Assembly (NCBI RefSeq): GCF_964194155.1
Contig: NC_135898.1
Coordinates: forward strand, 65,720,001-65,784,000
Length of the DNA: 64,000 nt
Source of the DNA: Cetorhinus maximus
Taxonomy: Eukaryota
Reading direction: 5' to 3'
The notes below the pieces were generated by a model, which was given only the letters and a program-made list of their open reading frames with translations, was not told the origin of the DNA and did not search any database. The translations under genes and the position numbers were made by a program. Shown piece after piece: positions 39,401 through 50,668 of the stretch. Each line of letters begins with the position of its first letter. Within the stretch, counting starts at the first letter, position 1.

Positions 39401-41919
39401 TAAACTGCATCAAAATAAACTTGCAATGGAAAATGTGTGAACAGGTTCTATTACAAATTACTGCACAAAATATATTATTACACAAGAATTTAATATATTA
39501 TGGCAAAATAAAATTGGCAGTGCAAGATAATTTCACATCTCATTGCTAATTTTGAAAAGGAATATGTGCTCAACATACAACTCCACCCTAACAAACTAAA
39601 CACTACAATGAACAGCTAATATTAATAGAAAATCCATTGAAAATCACAATGTTGTGAATGAGATGTTACAACTGCTGAGGGACGGAGCGTAGCATAGCTC
39701 GCAACATTAATGGAGTGCATTGTAAAAAGAGTAGGAAGTTGAGAATTTGGTGAGACTGGGAATTCAGCGCAGAAGAAAGTGTTTGTATGTTTGAAATAAA
39801 AGTGTTTTGCGACTCAGAAAACAAGAGCTCATTTAAAGATCCTTTCAGGATTTCCCCGTACAGCCACCATTAACGGGTCAAAACACCGGTGATAATGCTG
39901 CTCAAACATGGCTCCACTTGTGTGTCAGACTCAGTAACTTGTCCAAGCCCTCAATGTCCTGTATCCCAACCCAGCAAACACTGCCCCTTCCACGCCCCAT
40001 CCCAGTCAGGAAAGAACCTCGCTCCCTCGTCTGAATTTCTAATGCAACTGAGAACCACGGAACATGAAAATCCTTAAAATAAACGCAGCAAATGCTGGAA
40101 ATGTACAGCAGCAACTGGCATTTAAGTACCTCTGTAAAGGTAAGAAAACACCCCAGAGCACTTCACAGGGACATAAACAGATAAAAAATGACATCGAGAC
40201 AAAGGAGGTGTGACCACAAGCTTTGTCAAAGAGCTAGGCTTTTAAAGGTGGCTTTAAAGGAAGACAGACTGGGACATTTTACTATGTTAAAGGCACTATA
40301 TAAATGCAAGTTAACGGACCTGCGTATTCCCAGGATGCAAAATACAACCGTGAAGTGCCATAAACTACTCCCCCTGCCAAAAAAAGCACCTAACCCCACA
40401 GCAAAGCTCAGATAAACAGTCTGGCTGCCATGGCGACTTTGCAAAAAAAAAAATCAAACCATTACACAAATGCCACCAACTCCTCTCTCTCCCCTTCATG
40501 CATAAATGCAAGTTAGCTTATTTGTCTAAACACAATTATGGATAAAAGGACTGTTCAGCTGTGTTGAGGCTGTAACATGAAAAATATTCCATCCCCAATA
40601 AAACAAGGTACAGTGTCAAAGTAGGTGAAGAAATTTCATAAAGTCTATTTTGACAATTTGATTTTTAATCAAATCATATAGCTATGAGTTTTAGTAAATA
40701 TTTAAAACTAGGAATGTATAACTAATATTTTAATAAATTAATAACTTGAACTAGTTAAATAAATGAATTTTAAAAAATATCAAACTAAACCAAATGAATT
40801 AAACCAAATGAATTAATCACAAACTATAATTAATTAAAAAATACATTAAACATGGGTGGTTAGCAATGGCAGTGCAGGAAATGCGCTGCATCTGCAGCAT
40901 GTTGAATTTTCCAGAGATCAGCCTGATCCTGGGCAATTACATTTGTGGTAAGTGTCTGCAACTTAGAAATTTTGTCTCAGAGCTGTTGAACTGGAGCCTG
41001 AGGTGTAGGCATTGTAATGCGTTAGGGAAGGGCAGAGTTGGCTGGACATTTTCATCCAAGAGGCATTACACCTATTGGATTAGGTTGTGGTTTAGATTTG
41101 TTTAATGGTTAGGAGCAGGGGGATGTGACTGTAACTCAGAGATGTAAGGGGCCTGCACATGCACTGATGGACGAGCCTCAGCTTTTGGCATTGTCCAACA
41201 GACACGAGATACCTGCTACCGGTGTGGATGAGAAAAGTACTGCTGGAAGGATGGGCAAATGGACTATAGTACCATGGTACAGGAGACCACTCAAGTTGTG
41301 GGACCAAAAAGAAATATGGTAGTGGTAGGGGACAATATGGTCAAGGGAATAGATACTGTTCTCTGCAGCTGCAACCAGGAATCCTGAAGGCTGTGTTGCT
41401 TACCCAGTGCCAGGATTAAGGACATCTTCCTGTGGTGGAATAGAACTCAGTGCAGGAGTGGGGAGGATCCAGTTGTTGTGGTTCACATAGAATCCAATGA
41501 GATAGCTAGAACTAGGAATGAGGTTCTGCTGAAGGAATTTGAGGAGCTACGGCCCAAATTAAAAAGCAGAATCTCAAAGGTAATCTCGGGATTACCACCT
41601 GAGTTATGAGTTACACATAAATTGACATAGGATCAAACAGTTTAAAGGTTTAAATACATCGTTGAAAGAATGTATGGAAGGAAGAGATTTCAAATTCATG
41701 GGGCACTGGGACCAGTAGTGGGGAAAGATGGACTGGAGACACTGTCCTGGAAAATTTAATAACTGGACCGGAATTAGGACTTCAAACTAATTTGAGGGAG
41801 AAAGTGTTTGGCTAAAGGGCCAATTTATAACTCCGAAGAGAGAAGTCAAGTAAGGTAGCACTTTGGGTAAAATCGACAGATTGTGCCAGGAAGCGGAGTA
41901 ATTAGCTCACTTCTGTTAA

Positions 41920-44900
41920 TTCTGTCAATAGGAGAATAGCGTAGCTGAATACATGGCTTAAGAGTTGGTGCAGGAGGGAAGGTTTTAGATTCCTGGATCA
42001 CTGGGACCGTTTCTGGGGAAGGTGGGACCTGTACAAGCGGGACGGTCTACATCTGAACCAGAGCGGGACTAACATTCTTGTGGGCGGGTTTGCTAGTGCT
42101 GTTTGGAGGAATTTAAGGTAATTCAGCAGGGGGAGGGGACACAATGTTAGCAGAATAGGGACACATCATAATACAGTAAAACAATCAAGCCAGAGGGAGT
42201 ACAGCTTCATTAAGTTTCAAGGAAGTAAGGCAAGGCTGGATGGCCTCCACTTTAATGCCAGGAGTATTGCAGATAAAACGGATGAGTTAAGGGTGAGGAT
42301 TGACACGTGTAATTGTGATATAGTAGCCATCACAGAGATGTGGTTGAAGGGGGGGCAGGATTGGCAGCTAAACATTCCAGGATATAGAATCTTCAGGTGA
42401 GATAGGGGAGGGGGTAAAAGAGGAGAAGGCATTGCATTATTAGTTAAGGAGTCAGTTACTGCAGTAAGGAGAGATGATATCTTGGAGGTGGCATCGAATG
42501 AAGCTTTGTGGGTAGAGCTTAGGAATAAAAAAGGGGCAACCACATTGTTAGGTGTTTATTATAGACCCCCAGATAGTCAGCAGGAAATTGAGGAGCAAAT
42601 ATGTGCACAATTTGCGGAGGTATGTAAAAACAATAGCAATAAGGTAATTATATTAGGTGATTTCAACTTTCCCAACATTAATTGTGATAGACATAGTGTT
42701 AAGGGCTTAGATGGAGTGGGTTTCTTAAAAGGTATACAGGAGAACTTTTTAGGTCAATATATAGAGGGTCCAACAAGGGATGGCGCAGTGCTGGACCTAA
42801 TTCTGGGGAATTAAGCTGGACAGGTGGCTGAGGTGGTGGTAGGGGAGCATTTTAGTGATAGCGACCACAACATAGTACAATTTAAGCTTGTTATGGACAA
42901 AGAAATAGACAAGTTGCAAAAAAATGTTTTGGATTGGGGGGGAGCTGATTTTAGTAAAATAAGGCAGGATCTGGCCAAGGTAGACTGGGAACAGCTACTT
43001 GTGGGAAATCTACAGAAGAGCAGTGGGGGGGGGGCGTTCAAAAAGGAAATGGGGAGGGTACAGACTCAACATGTTCCCTCTAGGGTGATAGGAAGGAGTA
43101 ACAAGCCCAGAGGACCATGGATGGCCAGAGATATTAAGGATACGATGAGAAGGAAAAGAGAGGCTTTTAGCAGGTACAAGGGGAGCAAATCAGCGGAGGC
43201 ATTAATGGAGTACAGAAAGTGCAGGGTGGAGCTTAAGAAAGCAATTAGGAGAGCAAAGAGGGGAAATGAGAAAGCTCTGGTTGGTAAAAGTAGGGAAAAT
43301 CCCAAGATATCCTATAAGCATATAAATGGGAAGAGGATAACCAGGGAAAGAGTAGGGCCCATTTGGGACCAAAGGGGCAATCTATGGGTGGAGCCAGATG
43401 GCATCGGTAGAGTGTTGAACGAACACTTCACATCGGTCTTCACCCAAGAGAATGAGGATGAAGGTATCGAACTCGGGGAGAGAGACTGCGAGGTTCTTGA
43501 GCAAATTGATATAGGGATTGTCAAGGAGTTGGAGGTGTTGGCAGGCTTAAAAGTGGACAAATTTCCAGGTCCGGTTGATTTGTATCCCAGACTGCTGAGG
43601 GAGGCAAGGGAGGAGATTGCAGGGGCTCTGACCCAAATTTTTAATTCCTCTCTGGCCACGGGGGAGGTGCCAGAGGACTGGAGAACAGCTAATGTGGTTC
43701 TGCTATTTAAGACGGGTTGCAGAGATAAGCCAGGGAACTACAGGCCAGTGAGTCTCACGCCAGTAGTAGGGAAACTATTGGAGAAAATTCTGAAGGAGAG
43801 AATCTATTTCCACCTGGAGAGGCAAGGTTTGATCAGGGATAGTTAGCATGGCTTTGTCAGAGGGAGGTCATGCCTAACAAATTTGATAGAAGTTTTTGAG
43901 GAGGTGACCAGGTGTGTAGATGAGGGTAGTGCAGTTGATGTAGTTTATATGGATTTCAGCAAAGCCTTTGACAAGGTCCCACATGGGAGACTTATAAAGA
44001 AGGCAAATGCACATGGGATACAGGGTAATTTGATAAGGTGGATTCAAAATTGGCTTAGTTCTAGGAGACAGAGGGTGATGACAGAAGGCTGCTTTAGTGA
44101 CTGGAAGGCAGTGTCAAGTGGCGTACCACAGGGATCCGTGCTGGGTCCCCTATTAGTCGTTATTTATATAAACGACATAGATGACTATGTGGGGGGTAGG
44201 ATTAGTAAGTTTACGGATGACACAAAGATTGGCCGGGTGGTTAACAGTGAGGTTGAGTGTCTTGGGCTACAGGAAGATATAGATGGGGTGGTCAAATGGG
44301 CAGATAAGTGGCAGATGGAATTTAACCCTGAAAAGTGTGAGGTGATACACTTTGGAAGGAGTAATTTGACAAGGAAGTATTCAATGAAAGGCATGACACT
44401 AGGAAATTCTGAAGAACAAAGGGACCTTGGCGTGTGTGTCCATAGATCTCTGAAGGCGGAGGGGCATGTTAGTGGGGTCGTGAAAAAGGCATATGCGGCA
44501 CTTGCCTTTATCAATTGAGGCAAAGATTACAAAAGTAGGGAGGACATGTTGGAGTTGTATAGAACCTTGGTGAGGCCACAGCTGGAGTACTGTGTGCAGT
44601 TCTGGTTGCCACATTATAGGAAGGATGTGATTGCACTGGAGGGGGTGCAGAGGAGATTCACCAGGATGTTGCCTGGGATGAAATATTTAAGTTATGAAGA
44701 GAGGTTGGATAGACTTGGGTTGTTTACATTGGCGCAGGGGTGACCTGATCGACGTGTACAAGATTATGAGGGGCATGGACAGGGTGGATAGGGAGCAGCT
44801 GTTCCCCTTAGTTGAAGGGTCAGTCATGAGGGGACACAAGTTCAAGGTGAGGGGCAGGAGGAATGGGGGGATGTGAGGAATAACATTTTTACCTAGAGGC

Positions 44901-45125
44901 TGGTGACGCCTGGAATGCGCTGCCTGGGAGGGTGGTGGAGGAGGGTTGTCTCACATCCTTTAAAAAGTACCTAGGTGAGCGCTTGGCACATCATAACATT
45001 CAAAGCTATGGGCCAAGTGCTGGTAAATGGAATTAGGTAGGTAAGTCAGATGTTTCTCACGTGTCCGTGCAGACTCAATGGGCCGAAGGGCCTCTTCTGC
45101 ACTGTGAGATTTGGTGATCCTGTGA
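41920..45125 (+). mobile_element. Younger CR1 LINE, 5'-truncated in ORF1; ORF2 (APE+RT) inactivated
   Basis: ORF1 end YKRDGLHLN; ORF2 FNARSI, GVYYRPP, ILGDFNFP, SDHN, MDFSKAFDKV, GVPQGSVLGP, FTDDTK; stops near 42398, 42811, 43844 and 44516; ctgtga-type tail. Confidence 0.92.
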
Positions 45126-45421
45126 ATTCCTTGGGGGCAGACAGCACTGTGGTCTCTGATGTTGCCTGCCTGCGGGGAATTGTAGTTCGGGTGACACTAT
45201 GCAAACGAGTTTCTTCCCAGAGAGTTTAATAATGATAATAGGGCATTGGCGACTATGGCTACGTCAGGAAAAATGTTTAAAAAAAATTAAGGACCCTATA
45301 TCTGAATGCACAAAGCATTCATAACAAAATAGATGAATTGATAACATAATAGAGAAAAATGGATTTGACCTAGTATCCATTACTGAAACCTAGTTGCAAG
45401 GTGACCAATGTTGGGAACTAA

Positions 45422-46610
45422 GGCCCAGATTTTCATGGATTCGGGTTTACTCCAGAGGCATTTAAAAATGGCGGTCAGGATGCTACACTGGGATTCCTGT
45501 CCTGATTCCTGGCGCCAGCAGTTTTCATTGGCATTGTGATAATTGCAGAAGTAGACATATCATACCCCACCCTCCTCTAACTTGTAAATTTTTTGCGGAG
45601 TTGGGCCATCTTCTGGATGACTTGTGGTTTATTGTCGCTCAGAGATGTCATGAACCATAGTCTGAATTCAGGTACCTTTTGAATGATAAGTTTGAATGGT
45701 TTTACCCATGTCCCCATTCCCCATTGTACCCTCCATCCCCTCTGTACTCCCCATGCCCACTCACTGAGTATGCACCATCCACACAACCAATATAATAATG
45801 TCAAGTTCTGAAATGTTAAGGAAAAATAAAGACCCATTCAGAAACCTACTTTGGAAATACTGCTGTTCTTACAACCCTGTAAAAATATCAGACAGAGGCA
45901 TTCATTGTTTCAATAACAGAAGCTATCCCTCCATTCACACTTTTTAATTTTGTCCAAATAAACATACAGCCATTGACAAAGCAAAAGAAAGAAATACTAA
46001 CTTATTGATTGACATCTTTGAGGTTATAATCAAAGCAAACACTTCATTTCTAGTTGTCAAAATAGAACCCCTGCTGAGTTAATTCATTTGTGAATCTTGG
46101 AGCTCAGCCAAACATTCATAATGAGGTCATTTGGAGAAACATGTTTGGCCAGCTTTCTCTGCTGATATAGTCCCGAATAGCAATGCCTGATTGACACTTT
46201 TAAACGGTTGTAAGAACAGCAGTTGTTTTTCAAAGCAGATTTCTGAATGGGTGATTTTTTTTTTCTCAGCTTCTCATTGTTATTAAAAGGCCTATTGGTT
46301 CTGTACATAGTGCATATAGGGTGAGCGGGCAAGAGAAAGTAGGTGGGGTGTGAAGATTGAGGGTTAGAGGGCCTAAAAGCATTTAAAACAACTGGGACAA
46401 AGTCTCAGAGGCTGTCCTTCTAACCAGCCTGCCCCCAGCACTCACCTGCCCTCATGGCCGCCATCGATCTGCTTCTGGGGTCAGTAGGCCTAACTCGACC
46501 CTGCCCCCTCCTCCCCGGTGCAAAAATTGTGTGTGACTTGACCCTTTAAATCTGCCAAGTCGGGAGATTTCCTGACTCAAACTACCGCTTTGGTAGTGAA
46601 AATGCGGCCC
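45422..46610. mobile_element. PIF/Harbinger-type non-autonomous element
   Basis: TAA TSD at 45419-45421 and 46611-46613; 14-bp imperfect TIR ggcccagattttca / tgaaaatgcggccc; cleanly splits the old CR1 ORF2. Confidence 0.75.
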
Positions 46611-48204
46611 TAAGTATGCTATGGGATATGACTTTTGGAAATGATAGGCAAAATGGAAAATAAGAGGAGAATGAGATAAAGGCAGTAGGGATAAAGTTAG
46701 AAGACCAGAAAAACAATGTAGAATCAGGATGGATGGAGCTAAGAAGTAACAAGGGGCAAAAAACACTGGTGGGAGTGTCATATAGGTCCCCCCTAATAGT
46801 GTTGGACAGGATACAAATCAGCAAATTAGAGGAGCAGGTAACAAGGGTAATGCAATAGCCTTTAATATTTATATGGACTGGGCAAACCAAATTGACAAAT
46901 GTAGCTTTGGAGGAAGAGTTCATGGAATGAATTTGAAACTGTTTTCTAGAACGTTTTTCAAGAAACCGACTAGGGAACAGTACTTATAACCTGGTGTTGT
47001 GTGAGCAGGTATTTTTAATTAGTAATATTATAGTCAAGTATCCTCTGGGGAGGAGTGATTGTAATATGGAAAATTTCCCATTAAGTTTGAGTGCGATGTG
47101 GTTAAGTACAAAACGAAAGTCTTAAATTTAAACAGTGTCAAGGTATGAGGGGCAAGTTGGTTGAGGGTGGATTGCAAATTAGATGGGAAAAATATGACGG
47201 TAGGTAAGCAATGGCTAACAATTGATTAACTTATAATTTTTTAACAAATTTGTATTCCCTTAAGGAACAAAAACTCTGGGAATGCGGTCCAACCATGACT
47301 AACTGGAGAAATTAAGGATAGTATTAAACTAAAGGAAGAGGCCAACAATGTTGGCAAGAAGAATAGTAAACCTGAGGAATGGGAGAGTTTTAAAATTCAG
47401 CAAAGGATGGCCAGGAAGTTAATAAAAAGGGAGAAAATAGAACATGATTGTAAACTAGCAAGAACTATTAAAACAGATTCCAAAGGTCTTTTGTAAGTAT
47501 GAAAAATAGAAGAGATTATCTGCAGTAATGTTCCTTCGAGGCAGGAGAAGTCATAATGCCTAATAAGAAAATACAAGCAACATTTAACAAATATTTTGTG
47601 TCTATCTCCAGATTAGAAGAGACAGAGAATTTACTGGACGTTGCAGGGAACCAAAGGTCTAATGAGAATGGGGAACTTAAAGTAATTTAATATTTGTGTT
47701 GAAAAGGTACTGGAGAACTGAATGGGACTAAAAGCAGTCAGATCCCCTGGACCTGATAGCTTACGTCCTAGGGTTTTACAAGAGAATGCTCTAGAGATAG
47801 TGGATGCATTGTTTTGATTTTCCAAAATTCTCTAGATTGTAGAATGGTATCTATGGATTGGGAGGTAGCAAATGTAATTCTTTTGTTCAAAAAAAGGAGG
47901 CAGAACAAGAAGACAGGGTACTATTATTGGTCGGTTAGCTTGACTTCAATATTGGTAAGGAGATGGTAAGAGGTTACAATATGATTAGGTAGAGTCCAAA
48001 CGGTTGTATGAGAGGGAAATTGTGTTTGTGTTGGAGTTTTTTGAGGGTGTAGCCCTTTTCAGAAGGCATTTTAAGGATTTTAGATTGAGTGTTTAGGGAC
48101 TGAGATTTTAGATTTCTTGTTTTTAGAAAAGCTTACCGGTCCCAACCGGGATCATAACACATCATGCCTTCACTCATCAGTACCATTGAAGCTCGTTAGT
48201 TGTA

Positions 48205-48518
48205 CAGGTACAGTGTCTCAAATCCAGCTATTCAAAAACTGGCAATGTCCAAAAACTGGACTTTTTAAAAGTTTTCATGCATGGATTTTGATTATTATTT
48301 AATGAGCAAAATAACTTACCGGCTTGTTCTGCAAGGTGCTGAATTGGCGCGGTGGCGCACTGAATAATTATCGGCTTTGCATGCCTGTCTTATCCCATGC
48401 TCTGAGTGGTCCGAGTGACCCTTGATACGACCCGAACTGCCCGACCCTTAAACCGTCAAGATCCGAAATCCAGCACGGACTTGGTCCCGCGGTTACCATT
48501 TTTGAGATACTGTACCTG
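48205..48518. mobile_element. Tc1/mariner-pogo MITE
   Basis: TA TSD; 18-bp TIR caggtacagtgtctcaaa / tttgagatactgtacctg (17/18). Confidence 0.8.
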
Positions 48519-49737
48519 TATATTAAGTGCACGTTTGCAGTGATTTGAATTTTATATCTCATTTTATATATAAGTCTGCCTAGTTACTATTTCTCACTAG
48601 CAAGAAATGTTGAACTGTATGGAACAGTTAATGTAAGTTGGCGTCTAGAAGAACTTATTGTAATGTATTAACTTTGAAAGATTTCATATCTGGGCATATT
48701 GAATTATCTTCTAAGCATTAACTAGTCATTAGACAAAACTTATGTTTTATCACATTAGCATTCAAAGAATACAGATTGTCTGGAGAAAAAAATAATTAGT
48801 TTAAGAATTCCAATGCAATGCTACTTCATTTATGAAGGAACTGACTGATGTACTTGAGCAATAAGCACAAAATTGATATATTTGTGTGCACTGCAGCATT
48901 CATTTTGTATTACTTGAAGTAGTTGACAGCACTGCAAGGAGGATATAAATTTTGTCAAGTTTACTTGATCCTTCCAGTTTTAAAACCAACTAATTTTGAA
49001 TTTACCCGCCTTGAAGTACTAATTTTGGACAGGATGAAATAGTTTGTGTAGCGTAATAGCATTATGTAGTCACTTCACAAATGTAATAACATCACAATCC
49101 AATCCCTCTATCATTTAGGTTTCTCTCTAATGTCTCCTTTCCAAACTTTAATATCCTTTTTTTGTACTGTGGCGACATAACTGTAGACAGTATTTTAAGT
49201 GGGGTCACACTAATGATTTACAAAGTGGCAGGATTACTTCATTATCTCAGTTCAGTATTGACCTTGTAAGGCATCTCAATAACATCGCCATAGATTATTT
49301 ATAATCTGATATTTACTATGTTAGAACATTTTCAAATTATTCTTATTTAAGAAGGGTTGTTGGCTTTGGTTTTAGCTCATGATTGGCAAAAATGACATGG
49401 AAAGCAGAGATCCATATTGCAAATCATGATTTTTCCCAGTAGTTTTAAATGGTTATTTAGAGCAGAAAGACAGCACTGGATTTTACCAGCTGTCTAGGGA
49501 CAGGCTGGGAAGCAGACAGGCCCCTAAAATGGCGAGAGACAGCCCTCCTGCCACCATGGCATTGTACCAGCAGTGGGTAAGTTGGAGGTCCATCCTCCCA
49601 CCAAGAGGCCAATTGTGCCACTTGTTTCAAATATCTAGTTCATAGCTGATCTAAATATTTTGGAGGTAATGTTTTGTTCTGGGAAGATTAAAGTTTAACT
49701 GTAGAAAAGGGGATAAATGCAACTAAAGCAGCTTGGA

Positions 49738-49928
49738 ACAAAAACAGAAAATGCTGGAAAAACTCAGCAGGTCTAGCAGCATCTGTGGAGAAAGAAACAA
49801 GGGCCATACGGACTTGAAACGTTAACTCTGCTTTTCTCTTCACAGTTGCTGCTAGACCTGCTGAGTTATTCCAGCATTTTCTGTTTTTGTTTCAGATTTC
49901 CAGCATCTGCAGTGTTTTGCTTTTATCT
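49738..49928. mobile_element. Penelope-like inverted-repeat insertion with 14-bp TSD
   Basis: TSD taaagcagcttgga at 49724-49737 and 49929-49942; ~55-bp inverted arms; same family as 12034-12202. Confidence 0.7.
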
Positions 49929-50310
49929 TAAAGCAGCTTGGAGTATTCAAAAGGGCCATGCTGACACACTCCCAGGAGACCCATGATAAATACTGACACA
50001 TTCCCTGGAGAGCCCCTATTACTAGAAACTCACTGCTAGAAAGGTAATATCCTAAAACAGCAGGTGCACTTACTCAGCTGGAGGGTTGGAGACGTGATGT
50101 CTTCACTGCTTGCAAAGAAGTGCAATCCAGAGAGATGTTTTGTTTTGGGAGTTAGTGCTAAATTCGTTTAAAGGCATTCAGTCAACCCTGAAAGGCTACC
50201 TCATCCTGGAGCTGGTTGGAGCTTAAGAAGGTTCTCTGGTTTCAGTTTATCTGTGTTTGCTGGGAGCGTTCTGCAGCAAGGTAAGAGGCTCCGTTGTGAA
50301 AAGATGCTGC

Positions 50311-50668
50311 TTTTTTTTTATTCGTTCATGGTGTGTGGGTATCACTGGCTAGGCCAGCATTTATTGCCCTTGTTCAGAGGACATTTAAGAGTCAACCGCA
50401 TTGCTGTGGGTCTGGAGTCACATGTAGGCCAGATCAGGTAAGGACGGCAGATTTCCTTCCCTAAAGGGCATTAGTGAACAAGATGGGTTTTTACGACAAT
50501 TGGCAATGGTTTCATGGTCATCATCAGACTTTTAATTCCAGATTTTTTTTAATATTGAATTCAAATTTCACCATCTGGTGCGGTGGGATTCGAACCTGGG
50601 TCCACAGATCATTACTCTGGGCCTCTGGAATACAGGTTCAGTGACAATACCACTATGCCACCACCTTC
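50311..50668 (-). mobile_element. tRNA-derived SINE sharing its 3' tail with the CR1/L2-group LINE
   Basis: Minus-strand ggtggcatagtgg A box and ggttcgaatccc B box; tail ggcaataaatgctggcctagccagtga..aataaaaaa. Confidence 0.85.

Larger units (their letters stand above)
40866..48060 (+). mobile_element. Old near-full-length CR1 (ORF1 zinc finger + SGNH esterase, ORF2) carrying two nested insertions
   Basis: ORF1 CxxC..CxxC and VVVGDNMVKG..DPVVVVHI at 40866-41790; ORF2 start LYLNAQSIHNKIDEL at ~45295-45420; resumes at 46611 through endonuclease, tether and RT remnants. Confidence 0.75.

Noticed and set aside
42824-44518. 340-aa and 211-aa ORFs as host genes or an active RT
   Set aside because: Pieces of one CR1 ORF2 with several stops and frameshifts.
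50575-50668. tRNA gene
   Set aside because: The A/B boxes form the head of a SINE, followed by SINE body and LINE tail.
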